From Candidatus Izemoplasmataceae bacterium (GTDB taxonomy: Bacteria > Bacillota_I > Bacilli_A > Izemoplasmatales > Izemoplasmataceae), in contig JBKHEA010000004.1 of the NCBI GenBank assembly GCA_046541015.1, forward strand, positions 1-64,000: 64,000 nt of DNA, in the 5' to 3' direction. Below, piece after piece: positions 9,688-18,560 of this stretch. Positions within the stretch are counted from its first letter, which is position 1. Each line of letters begins with the position of its first letter. The notes beneath the pieces were generated by a model. It made no database searches and was not told the DNA's origin. It saw only the letters and a list, made by a program, of their open reading frames with translations. The translations under genes were made by a program, and so were the position numbers.

Positions 9688-10684
9688 CCACATTCGATAT
9701 GCACTAAATCAAGAAATCACCACGAATGATTTTGATGCCTTACGTTTTGTTCCAAACTCAATACCTAAAACAGATGTTCATTTAGTCGATTTAAGTGTTG
9801 ATTTATTTAATCAGACATTTCCTTATCCTATCTATATCAATGCGATGACAGGCGGAACAGAAAAAGCCTACGCTATCAATAAAAGCCTAGCACAAATTGC
9901 CAAACACTTTAATTTCATGATTGCTTCTGGTTCTTTATCTCAAGCCATTAAAGACCCTAAAACTTCTCCTTCATTTACTATATTAAGAGAAACCTTTAAG
10001 GAAGGGTTTATATTAGCGAATATCGGTATTAGCGCACCGCTTGATTATTGTGATAAAGCGATTGATCTATTAAACGCTAATGCCATACAAATTCATATTA
10101 ATGCCCCACAAGAAATCATTATGCCAGAAGGGGATCGTATCTTTCATGATTGGTTAACGAACTTAAACCATCATGCCAAACACGTTAAAGTTCCAATTAT
10201 TGCAAAAGAAACAGGATTTGGCATGAGTCGTGAAACCATTGAAATGATTCAATTGGCAGGGATAAAAACCATCGATGTTTCTGGAAGAGGTGGCACCAAT
10301 TTTATTGCGATTGAAAACAACCGTAGAAAGCGACCATTAAAAAGTTTTGAGTCCTATGGTTTTTCAACCGTAGAATCTTTACTTGAAGCTAAAAAGATTG
10401 AAGGAATTACCGTTTTAGCAAGCGGCGGCATAAGAGATGCTTATGATGTTGTAAAAGCTTTAGCCCTTGGGGCAAAGGCAGTTGGATTAAGTGGGTTTTT
10501 CTTAAAATTAGTCACCAAGTATCCTATCGATTTAGCCATTGAAATGATTGAAGAGTTCTTAGAAGACATAAAAAAAATCATGGCGATTTTAGATGCTAAA
10601 ACCATCCATGATTTAAAAAATAAACCACTTCTATACAGTGAAACCTTAATAAACTTTATTAATCAAAGAAATCAATCTTTATAG
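9671..10684 (+). CDS. fni: Type 2 (FMN-dependent) isopentenyl-diphosphate isomerase
   Basis: TIM-barrel IDI-2 pattern (…MTGGT…, …ASGGIRDAYDVVKALALGA…). ATG 9671 was chosen because the GGAGGA ribosome-binding site abuts the ATG at 9665 called by the ORF track. Confidence 0.85.
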   Translation: MNKKDDHIRYALNQEITTNDFDALRFVPNSIPKTDVHLVDLSVDLFNQTFPYPIYINAMTGGTEKAYAINKSLAQIAKHFNFMIASGSLSQAIKDPKTSPSFTILRETFKEGFILANIGISAPLDYCDKAIDLLNANAIQIHINAPQEIIMPEGDRIFHDWLTNLNHHAKHVKVPIIAKETGFGMSRETIEMIQLAGIKTIDVSGRGGTNFIAIENNRRKRPLKSFESYGFSTVESLLEAKKIEGITVLASGGIRDAYDVVKALALGAKAVGLSGFFLKLVTKYPIDLAIEMIEEFLEDIKKIMAILDAKTIHDLKNKPLLYSETLINFINQRNQSL

Positions 10685-11634
10685 CGTTCATGGAACGCTA
10701 TTTTTTCTTTTAGAAAACTATCTAAAACATTTAACATTTGAAAGAGTATGGCACGCAGTTCAAAACTTTTTCTATCAGTTGGTAGAGGCATTTTGCGGTA
10801 ATCATCAAGGAGCTTTTGTAAAAAACTGAGTTGTTTTGTTGCTTGATCGGTTTCACCGATGTCATAACTAAGGTTAAGGACATAGTTTGATAAGATTTTT
10901 GCGTTGTCATGATTGCTATCCATTTGTTTAAATAGTTCAAAAAGCTTATTGAGTTGATTCATTTGATTTTCACGCATGATTAAATAAGACATGTGATAAC
11001 GGTCTTTATCAAATAAAATATCTTTATCAATCAATGCAGCATCATTTAAGATATTTTTTAATCTACCTAAAATAACTTCATGGGCTTTATACGCTTTATC
11101 AAATAATTGAATGTCTTCTAAAACCCCACTAATAAGCTGTAAATCTACAATAATAGCGGCATCAATTTCTTTCATGTATTGATTCATGGATAAACTTGTA
11201 TTTAAAGGGTATAGCATATTTAAACTAAGAGCAACTGCAATGGCAATCGCAATCAGTAGTACGCCATTGATAATCATCGATAAATCAAATGCGCCTACTG
11301 AAAGTAGATGACTCACTAATACAAGACTTGGAACAATCCCTTCGTTTAATTTTAGCGCAAAAGAAATGCCAATAAAAGCTACTGTAATAAGACTATAAAT
11401 GAAAATGGTATAACCAAATGATAAAAACAAGATTGTCGCTAAACTTAAAGCTAAAAGGGCTCCAATGAATCGTTTCATCGCAACAAAAACACTATCTTTT
11501 CTTGTTAACTGAATCGATAGCACCGCTAATATTCCACCTGTAATTGCAAATTCTAAATTTAGTAATAAGGCAAAAAGAATCGTTATAATACTCGCTAAAC
11601 TCATTTTAATGGTGGCATGGACATAACGTCTCAT
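10672..11634 (-). CDS. Aromatic-acid-exporter/FUSC-like membrane protein (YgaE/UPF0421-type)
   Basis: 320 aa; N-terminal TM bundle followed by a cytoplasmic helical domain, overall resemblance to ArAE_1 proteins. Confidence 0.45.
   Translation of the reverse strand: MRRYVHATIKMSLASIITILFALLLNLEFAITGGILAVLSIQLTRKDSVFVAMKRFIGALLALSLATILFLSFGYTIFIYSLITVAFIGISFALKLNEGIVPSLVLVSHLLSVGAFDLSMIINGVLLIAIAIAVALSLNMLYPLNTSLSMNQYMKEIDAAIIVDLQLISGVLEDIQLFDKAYKAHEVILGRLKNILNDAALIDKDILFDKDRYHMSYLIMRENQMNQLNKLFELFKQMDSNHDNAKILSNYVLNLSYDIGETDQATKQLSFLQKLLDDYRKMPLPTDRKSFELRAILFQMLNVLDSFLKEKIAFHERYKD
10682..10706 (+). terminator. Terminator of the tct-mevalonate operon (tagcgttc-atg-gaacgcta + T6); lies inside the 3' end of the convergent gene
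   Basis: 8-bp stem plus T-run read directly. Confidence 0.5.
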
Positions 11635-11798
11635 ACAATCACTTCCTAACGCTTAAATTATAAGGTTAAGGCACACTAAAGTCAACGAATTGCCATTAGT
11701 AAACGTTTTATTCGATACCGATTTTTTTCGTTTATCCCTTAATGATTTTTAAGCTTTTATGGTACAATAAACATGACAATGATTTAAAGAGGTAGTTT

Positions 11799-12833
11799 AT
11801 GAAAACAAGTATTTATACAGTCGATCAAATGCAAAATCAATTAGTAAAAAAACACCTTGCTAAAATCCTTAAAGAGGGTGGTTTAGTCGTCTTTCCAACC
11901 GAAACAGTTTATGGTATTGGGGCCAATGCTTTAGACCCTTTAGCGGCAAGTAAAATATACGAAGTTAAAGGTAGACCTGCTGATAACCCTTTAATCGTAC
12001 ATATTGATAATTTGCATATGCTAAAAGCATTAACCCTTGAAATTAACCTTCAAGCAAGAAAACTAATTCAAGCTTTTTGGCCAGGGCCATTAACGCTTAT
12101 TTTTAAGAAAAGCGATTTAGTCCCTAATACGATTACTGCAAACTTAGATACCGTTGCCATTCGTTTTCCTTCGCACCCTGCAGCTAGACAACTGATAAAA
12201 TTAGCGAAGTTTCCTATTGCAGCACCTAGTGCTAATATTAGCGGGCGTCCATCAAGTACACTTTTTAAGCACGTAAAGGAAGATTTAGATGGTTTAGTAG
12301 ATATTATTATTGATGGCGGAAAATCAACAATTGGATTAGAATCAACCGTCTTAGATGTTACCACTGAAGTACCGACTATTTTAAGACCCGGTTCTATAAC
12401 AAAACGCATGATTGAATCAGTTTTAGAACATTCAATTACCGATGCATCTAAAACCGAAGTGATTGATGCCCCAAAATCCCCAGGAATGAAATATACCCAC
12501 TATGCTCCAAAAGGAAAGATTATCTTAGTTGATGGATTAAAAGAAGAAGTTATTGATTATATCAACAAAGCCATTACCATTTTAGACCATGAAAAAACCG
12601 CTGTGATTTGTGCAAAAGAGTATGTGAGTGCGATTAAGTGTAAGCATATTTTTGATTTAGGTTCTATAGAAGATTCTGAAGAAATTGCATCAAACTTATT
12701 CATCGCCCTAAGAACAATGGATGAATTAGGTATCGAACAAATTTATACCCATTCATTTAAAGATGAACAGCTTGGACAAGCTATCATGAATCGTTTATTG
12801 AAAGCTGCAGGCTATAATATAATTCGCTTATGA
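11799..12833 (+). CDS. tsaC: L-threonylcarbamoyladenylate synthase, Sua5/YwlC long form
   Basis: VVFPTETVYGIGANALD YrdC motif plus a C-terminal Sua5 domain. Confidence 0.85.
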   Translation: MKTSIYTVDQMQNQLVKKHLAKILKEGGLVVFPTETVYGIGANALDPLAASKIYEVKGRPADNPLIVHIDNLHMLKALTLEINLQARKLIQAFWPGPLTLIFKKSDLVPNTITANLDTVAIRFPSHPAARQLIKLAKFPIAAPSANISGRPSSTLFKHVKEDLDGLVDIIIDGGKSTIGLESTVLDVTTEVPTILRPGSITKRMIESVLEHSITDASKTEVIDAPKSPGMKYTHYAPKGKIILVDGLKEEVIDYINKAITILDHEKTAVICAKEYVSAIKCKHIFDLGSIEDSEEIASNLFIALRTMDELGIEQIYTHSFKDEQLGQAIMNRLLKAAGYNIIRL

Positions 12834-13465
12834 TACGTCAAAAATTCTTAGTAACGTATCGCTTTTTATTAGTATTTATTGTCCTTACAGGGTTAATTTT
12901 TAATTTTATTGGACGTAACCTAATTGAAACGATGGTATTTTTTACCATTCAAAGTAACCTTTTAGCTTTGATAATCTTAAGTATTCAAGGGTACTTTCTT
13001 TTTAAAGGTAAAAGGATGTATCAAGAATACCCAATCCTTTTAACGATTAAACATATCATTATGATGAACTTAATCATCACATTTTTAGGGTTTCACTTTC
13101 TCCTTAGAAGAACCTTACTTGATGACCCTAGCGGATATTTAACCTCTGTTGAAAACATTTTATTGCATTATCTTGTGCCGATATTATTTGTGTTTGATTA
13201 TCTTTTTTTTGATAAAAAGGGGCACTTATCGCTAAAAAGTATTCCGTTGTTTTTGATATATCCTTATGCTTATTTACTCTTTGTGATCATCAGGGCAGAA
13301 CTTGGTGGTATCTTATTAACTGTAAATAGCCGTTATCCTTACTTTTTTTTAGATATTGACACCCTTGGATTTAATATGATTTTTTATGTATTAGCGATGA
13401 CTATATTTTTTACTTTCATGGCATTTTTACTTTTTAAAATTGATCAAATCTTTAGTAAAACCTAA
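12830..13465 (+). CDS. Polytopic membrane protein, possibly Pr6Pr/FAR-17a-like; translationally coupled to tsaC (ATGA)
   Basis: 211 aa with about six TM helices and an FFTIQSN motif; 4-nt overlap with the tsaC stop. Confidence 0.35.
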   Translation: MIRQKFLVTYRFLLVFIVLTGLIFNFIGRNLIETMVFFTIQSNLLALIILSIQGYFLFKGKRMYQEYPILLTIKHIIMMNLIITFLGFHFLLRRTLLDDPSGYLTSVENILLHYLVPILFVFDYLFFDKKGHLSLKSIPLFLIYPYAYLLFVIIRAELGGILLTVNSRYPYFFLDIDTLGFNMIFYVLAMTIFFTFMAFLLFKIDQIFSKT

Positions 13466-13556
13466 ATTAGCTTTAAATAAACTTAAAAAGCCATTTTATA
13501 GGTGTAAATTTATGATATAATGAATTTGGATTTGAACATTGAAAGGGGGAATACTC

Positions 13557-14147
13557 ATGTGGTGGAGTAACCTAACAGATTTTGAACAAGTCATCTTTAT
13601 TATTGCATCAAGTGCTACAATTCTAATGCTTTTATTACTTATTTTAATGATTGTTGGAATTGATAGTGCAGAATCATTTGATGGTGGTTTAGATAGTATT
13701 GACGTTGATGTTTTTAATGATGAACCATTTTCAGCTATTGGTGGTTTAAAGATCATCAGTATACGTGGCATCTTAGCTTTTTTTAGTTTTGGTGGATGGA
13801 CGGTTTATTTATTAGCAGACAGTATGAACAATATTTTAGCTTTAGTAATAGGGATTATTGTAGGTACGTTAGCAATGGTCTTAACGGCTTATATTTTTAA
13901 ACAAATCTTTAGACTTGAATCAAGCGGAAACATGAATTATACATCAGCTATAGGTAAACTAGCAGTTGTTTACATGAGAGTCCCTAAAAGTAAATCTGGT
14001 ACTGGAAAAGTAACTTTAATCCATCAAGAACGTATGGTTGAAGTTGATGCAGTAACTGAAAGTGACACCGATTTAATGCCAAGAACACAAGTAGAGGTCG
14101 TTGGTTTAGATGGCCCTAATACGCTTGTTGTTAAAATAAAAGGATAG
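13557..14147 (+). CDS. nfeD: NfeD-like membrane protein (YuaF-type) with C-terminal OB-fold
   Basis: N-terminal TM helices and a C-terminal beta-rich OB-like segment; sits immediately upstream of flotillin as in Bacillus yuaF-floT. ATG 13557 was preferred because the AAGGGGGA ribosome-binding site lies upstream. Confidence 0.6.
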   Translation: MWWSNLTDFEQVIFIIASSATILMLLLLILMIVGIDSAESFDGGLDSIDVDVFNDEPFSAIGGLKIISIRGILAFFSFGGWTVYLLADSMNNILALVIGIIVGTLAMVLTAYIFKQIFRLESSGNMNYTSAIGKLAVVYMRVPKSKSGTGKVTLIHQERMVEVDAVTESDTDLMPRTQVEVVGLDGPNTLVVKIKG

Positions 14148-14156
14148 GAGAAAATT

Positions 14157-15587
14157 ATGGTTATACTTGCAGTAAACCCAGCAGCGATAATTTTTATCAT
14201 TTTTACGATTATTGTCTTTGTCGTATCAATCTTAGTCTTTATTGTCTCAAGGATTAAAAAATGTCCTTCAGATAAGATTATGGTTATTTACGGTAAAATT
14301 GGTGATAACGCAGATGGTACTAGTCGCTCATCTATATGTATTCATGGGGGAAGTAAATTTGTTATTCCATTTTTACAAGCTTATGAGTATCTTGATTTAA
14401 CCCCAATTTCAATTAGTGTTGATTTAGCACAAGCTTTATCAAGACAAAACATTCGTATTGATGTCCCTTCACGCTTTACAGTCGGGATCTCAACAGAATC
14501 TGGTGTGATGCAAAATGCTGCCGAACGTTTATTAGGCTTAGCTTTAGCAGATATCCAAGATTTAGCTAAAGATATTATCTTTGGACAATTACGTTTGGTT
14601 ATTGCGACAATGGATATTGAAGAAATCAATACCGACCGTGATAAGTTTTTAGAAGCAGTTTCAGGCAATGTAGAAAGTGAACTTAAAAAAATCGGATTAA
14701 GACTGATTAACGTTAACGTTACAGACATTAACGATGAATCAGGCTACATTGAAGCATTAGGTAAAGAAGCAGCCGCAAAAGCAATTAATGATGCGAAGAA
14801 AAGTGTTGCAGAGAAAAACCGCGATGGATCAATTGGTGAGGCGAATGCCTTAAGAGATCAACGTATTCAAGTTGCAACAGCAAATGCAACAGCGATTGAA
14901 GGAGAAAATAAATCACTCGGTGATGTCGCAAAAAGTAATTCATCTCGTCGTGAAATTGAAGCAGAAGCTGAAAGAAAAGCAAGCGCAGCTGAAAAAATTG
15001 CAGCCGCAAAAGCTTTAGAAGAATCATACGCAGCCGAAAAAGAAGCGGAAGTTGCCCGTGCTCAAAGAGAAAAAGCAAGCTTAGAAGCTGACATTATTGT
15101 TAAATCAGAAATTGAGAAACAACAACGTGTCATCGCAGCTGAAGCTGAGGCAGAAGAATTTAGAAGACGTGCTCAAGGGGAAGCTGATGCAATTTATGCT
15201 AAGGCAGAAGCTGAAGCTCGTGGATTATATGAAGTTTTATCTAAACAAGCTAAAGGATTTACTGAACTTGTTAAAGCCGCAAATAATAATGCAGATGCAG
15301 CTATTAAACTCTTAATTGCTGATAAACTTGAGACCCTTGTTGGCATTCAAGTAGAAGCGATTAAAAATCTTAAATTTGATAAGATTACTGTTTGGGATGG
15401 CGCAAGCAGTAAAGATGGTACAACTTCAACTGCTAATTTTGCACAAAACCTTATGAAATCTATACCACCAATGAAAGATTTATTTGAAATGGCTGGCATG
15501 GAGTTACCACAATATTTAGGAAAAGAATTAGAAGATAAAAAACCGCCTAAAGTTGAACTTAACAAAGAAAAAGAAGAAGATCAGTAA
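14157..15587 (+). CDS. floT: Flotillin (SPFH domain + EA-rich coiled coil)
   Basis: N-terminal TM, SPFH/band-7 region, and a long AEAEAE/EAEA repeat coiled coil. Confidence 0.8.
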   Translation: MVILAVNPAAIIFIIFTIIVFVVSILVFIVSRIKKCPSDKIMVIYGKIGDNADGTSRSSICIHGGSKFVIPFLQAYEYLDLTPISISVDLAQALSRQNIRIDVPSRFTVGISTESGVMQNAAERLLGLALADIQDLAKDIIFGQLRLVIATMDIEEINTDRDKFLEAVSGNVESELKKIGLRLINVNVTDINDESGYIEALGKEAAAKAINDAKKSVAEKNRDGSIGEANALRDQRIQVATANATAIEGENKSLGDVAKSNSSRREIEAEAERKASAAEKIAAAKALEESYAAEKEAEVARAQREKASLEADIIVKSEIEKQQRVIAAEAEAEEFRRRAQGEADAIYAKAEAEARGLYEVLSKQAKGFTELVKAANNNADAAIKLLIADKLETLVGIQVEAIKNLKFDKITVWDGASSKDGTTSTANFAQNLMKSIPPMKDLFEMAGMELPQYLGKELEDKKPPKVELNKEKEEDQ

Positions 15588-15592
15588 CAATT

Positions 15593-15630
15593 AAAAAGGA
15601 CATATCACTTTGATATGTCCTTTTATTTTA
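15593..15630. terminator. Bidirectional terminator between floT and osmC
   Basis: aggacatatca-cttt-tgatatgtcct with a flanking A-run and T-run. Confidence 0.6.
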
Positions 15631-16023
15631 TTCAAAACTTACATTAGTCTCCATTTTTGCAACATGAGATAAGGTTTGATAAACACTACAGTATTCAGTT
15701 GCTAACTGCATCGCCTTTAAAAAGGCATTTTGTTTTTCTTCAGTTGCTCCAGTAATCACTACATTGACAGTGACTTCTTTTAACCATGTAGGAACTTCTT
15801 CACGTTTAACTCCTGTGATATCGTACTTAACGGCTTGAAATTTAAGGCGTTTTTTATCACATACAGTTTGAAACGTATGATTTAAACAAGCACCTAAACC
15901 TCCAAGTACCATATCATAAGCGGCAAGTGCCCCCTCAGCCGGACCGACTTGGCTTGATCCGTGATGTCCTGTTACAATGCCGTGGTATTGATTATCAAAA
16001 ACCATTTTAACTTGATTTGCCAT
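15628..16023 (-). CDS. OsmC/Ohr-family peroxiredoxin
   Basis: Two conserved Cys contexts, GACLN and EYCSV. Confidence 0.75.
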   Translation of the reverse strand: MANQVKMVFDNQYHGIVTGHHGSSQVGPAEGALAAYDMVLGGLGACLNHTFQTVCDKKRLKFQAVKYDITGVKREEVPTWLKEVTVNVVITGATEEKQNAFLKAMQLATEYCSVYQTLSHVAKMETNVSFE

Positions 16024-16522
16024 GATCTTCCTCCTTCACTTTTTGATAACGTTTGATGCATTCATCGATGAGTTTAATCGCTTCTTTTTTTCCATGAAAA
16101 TCATAAACTTCAACTTTTTTATTTTGTTGTAAGTCTTTATAGGTTTTAAAGAAGTGTTTAATCTCTCTTAAAAGATGGTCTTGGATATCACTCATTTCAT
16201 GAATATGACTAAAGCGAGGATCTGCATTCATAACAGCTATGATTTTTTGATCTTTCTCATCATTATCCATCATGTCTAAATAGCCAATGACACGCGCATC
16301 AACAATGCAGCCAGGAAATGTTTTAGTACTTGCGATAACTAAAATATCTAAAGGATCATTGTCTTCTGCAAGCGTGTGCTCAATATAACCATACTCAGCT
16401 GGATAAGTCATTTGCGAGTATAAAACTCGATCAAGTTTAATACGATCTCTTACTTTGTCAATCTCATATTTATTTTTAGTGCCCATTGGAATTTCAATAA
16501 TTGCTTCTATAATTTTATCCAT
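16007..16522 (-). CDS. ppa: Inorganic pyrophosphatase (family I)
   Basis: DPLDILV...DEKDQKIIAV motifs. Confidence 0.9.
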   Translation of the reverse strand: MDKIIEAIIEIPMGTKNKYEIDKVRDRIKLDRVLYSQMTYPAEYGYIEHTLAEDNDPLDILVIASTKTFPGCIVDARVIGYLDMMDNDEKDQKIIAVMNADPRFSHIHEMSDIQDHLLREIKHFFKTYKDLQQNKKVEVYDFHGKKEAIKLIDECIKRYQKVKEEDHGKSS

Positions 16523-16580
16523 AGTACCCTCTTTCTATCTTATTATAAGATAAATTAACTTGATTTAGTAAAAATGTGCT

Positions 16581-16991
16581 TTATAAGGATTTTTTCATCA
16601 TTTTGTGTTCAATATCTGCATCTAAGAAGATATCACCATAAGCTTCATAACCCAATTGTTCATAAAAAGGGATGATATACATCTGAGCGCCTAGTTTCAG
16701 TGATGAAAGTCCTTGTTTTTTAGCGTAATCTTCAACGGCTTGCATAAGGATTGTACCTGCCTTTTTATGGCGATGCGCTTTTTTTACCGCAACTCTACCC
16801 ACTTTATTTCCAACCAAACGGGCAGCACCAATCGCTAAATCACCATCATACAAAACAAAAAATACGGCATCATAGTCATCTTGATCAAATTCTTCTAAAA
16901 AACTAATTTGTTGTTCAACAATAAAAACTTCACCACGAACACTATAGTGGTCTAAGATTTCTTTTTTAGATTCTGCGATTTTTACAATCAT
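16581..16991 (-). CDS. GNAT N-acetyltransferase
   Basis: 136 aa; acetyl-CoA-binding pattern ...RHKKAGTILMQAVEDYAKKQG... Confidence 0.7.
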   Translation of the reverse strand: MIVKIAESKKEILDHYSVRGEVFIVEQQISFLEEFDQDDYDAVFFVLYDGDLAIGAARLVGNKVGRVAVKKAHRHKKAGTILMQAVEDYAKKQGLSSLKLGAQMYIIPFYEQLGYEAYGDIFLDADIEHKMMKKSL

Positions 16992-16993
16992 CT

Positions 16994-17809
16994 TTACACC
17001 TCAAAAAAATAAATAATAATACTTAAAGCGCCAACAATAAAACAATAAAATCCAAAATACTTTAAGTTACCTTCTCTTACCATATATATAAACCATTTAA
17101 ACGCTAAATAGGTAAATATTAAGCTCATCGTAAAGGCTCCAATAATATTGATTAAAGGCACACCATTTAAACCATTAAAACGAATAACTTCAAGTGCCAT
17201 TGTCGCAATACTTATTGGAATGTACATCATGAAACTAAATTCTATGACATCAACAAAACGAATCTTTCTAAATAAGCCCCCTATAAAAGTACTCCCACTT
17301 CTAGAAATCCCTGGTATAAGCGCAAATACTTGGAAAAACCCAATAAATAACGCATCCTTATAATTTAAATCATTTCGTTGATTATTAGTACTCTTACTTT
17401 GTACAATCAGTAAAAAAGTTCCAGTAATCAGTAAACTAATTCCAACACTTAAAAGCGTTAAAAACCCATCGAATAAATCTCTAAACACTAATCCAATTAA
17501 GCCTGCAGGTAATACCCCAATAAGGATTAACCACGCATAATCAAAATCTTTTTTATATTTTGAATCTTTTTTAAAGATATAAAGATAATTACCCCTAACT
17601 AAGGCCATAATTTTTTCCCTAAATAAGATAACGACCGCAATAAAAGATGCAAAATTTAAGGTAATTTCTAAAAATAAATCCATACTAGGAATATTTAAGA
17701 AAGTTTGGACAATTACCAAATGACCACTACTAGAAATTGGTAAAGGTTCTGTGATACCTTGAATGATGCCAACAAATAAGTATTTTAAAAATTCGATAAA
17801 AGTTTGCAC
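16994..17809 (-). CDS. uppP: Undecaprenyl-diphosphatase
   Basis: GITEPLPISSSGHL and SRSGSTF BacA motifs. Confidence 0.85.
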   Translation of the reverse strand: MQTFIEFLKYLFVGIIQGITEPLPISSSGHLVIVQTFLNIPSMDLFLEITLNFASFIAVVILFREKIMALVRGNYLYIFKKDSKYKKDFDYAWLILIGVLPAGLIGLVFRDLFDGFLTLLSVGISLLITGTFLLIVQSKSTNNQRNDLNYKDALFIGFFQVFALIPGISRSGSTFIGGLFRKIRFVDVIEFSFMMYIPISIATMALEVIRFNGLNGVPLINIIGAFTMSLIFTYLAFKWFIYMVREGNLKYFGFYCFIVGALSIIIYFFEV

Positions 17810-17918
17810 AAACTCACCTCTAGTATGATAAAATCTTTACGTAATTATACACTAAATATTTTTAAAAATAAATAAACTGTGCTAAAATATACTCTATAAT
17901 CACGAAAGGTGGATCAAA

Positions 17919-18266
17919 TTGAATATTACGCTTGAAACCATCCTTTATGGCATTATTGCCTTTGTCTTAATTGGTTTAGTCATTTCAGTTATCGTTCTTA
18001 AATCAAAAAGTAGTTACCCCAAACGTCCTTTGCTTAACACAGATAAAATTATTGATGCGGTTGGCAAAGAAAATATTTTAGAAATCTTTTTTAAAAGAGA
18101 AAAAGTGAATATTGTCGTTAAAGACTATGCACAAGTCAAAATAGATCAACTAAAAGAAGCAGGTTGTATTGGAATTAATATTGTTGGTAACACCATAAAA
18201 TATTATGTTGAATCTGATAACGAAACCCATTATAAGGCACTCCTAGCCGATTTAGAAAGGAAGTAG
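17919..18266 (+). CDS. Membrane-anchored PTS EIIB(Glc)-like domain lacking the phospho-Cys
   Basis: N-terminal TM helix. GKENILEIFFKREKVNIVVKD...LKEAGCIGINIVGNTIKYYV aligns with the EIIB(Glc) consensus GGKENI..ld.CITRLRv.V.D...LK.lGa.GV..G..Q.ifG. The CITRLR active site is replaced by FFKREK. TTG start with an AAAGGTGGA ribosome-binding site. Confidence 0.5.
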   Translation: MNITLETILYGIIAFVLIGLVISVIVLKSKSSYPKRPLLNTDKIIDAVGKENILEIFFKREKVNIVVKDYAQVKIDQLKEAGCIGINIVGNTIKYYVESDNETHYKALLADLERK

Positions 18267-18270
18267 ATTA

Positions 18271-18531
18271 ATGAGAAAAGAATTTGTGATTTCAAATCAA
18301 CAAGGCGTTCACGCAAGACCTGCAACGTTACTCGTTGCGAAAGCCAATGAATTTAAGTCTGATATTAATATTACTTATGAAGATACCACCGTCGATTTAA
18401 AAAGCATTATGGGGGTTTTATCTTTAGGCATTAATCGCGGCTCTTTAATTACTATTGAGGCTAAAGGAGACGATGAAGCAAGCGCAATGCGTGCGCTAGA
18501 CCGTTTAATTACAGAAATGAATTTAAAGTAA
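18271..18531 (+). CDS. ptsH: Phosphocarrier protein HPr
   Basis: GVHARPA (His15) and the Ser46 region KSIMGV. Confidence 0.9.
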   Translation: MRKEFVISNQQGVHARPATLLVAKANEFKSDINITYEDTTVDLKSIMGVLSLGINRGSLITIEAKGDDEASAMRALDRLITEMNLK

Positions 18532-18560
18532 AAAGTAGGCTAGCCTACTTTTTTATTTTT
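18531..18560. terminator. Bidirectional terminator between ptsH and trpS (gtaggctagcctac palindrome + T-run)
   Basis: Read directly. Confidence 0.6.

Noticed and set aside
10682-10706. Hairpin overlapping the 3' end of the minus-strand exporter-like gene
   Set aside because: It was first considered an attenuator. It is more simply the intrinsic terminator of the plus-strand mevalonate operon, located in the 13-bp convergent overlap.
14785-15078. Antisense ORFs of 60-130 aa inside annotated genes (e.g. 1112-1357, 4214-4447, 14381-14728, 14785-15078, 51312-51596, 58616-58999)
   Set aside because: They lie opposite or overlapping much longer ORFs that have clear family signatures. Low GC and repetitive codon usage (the EA repeats of flotillin, the coiled coil of rny) generate such open frames by chance.
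14760-15300. Repetitive GCAGAAGCTGAA-type DNA inside floT
   Set aside because: It encodes the EA-rich coiled coil typical of flotillins and is not a CRISPR or other DNA-level repeat element.
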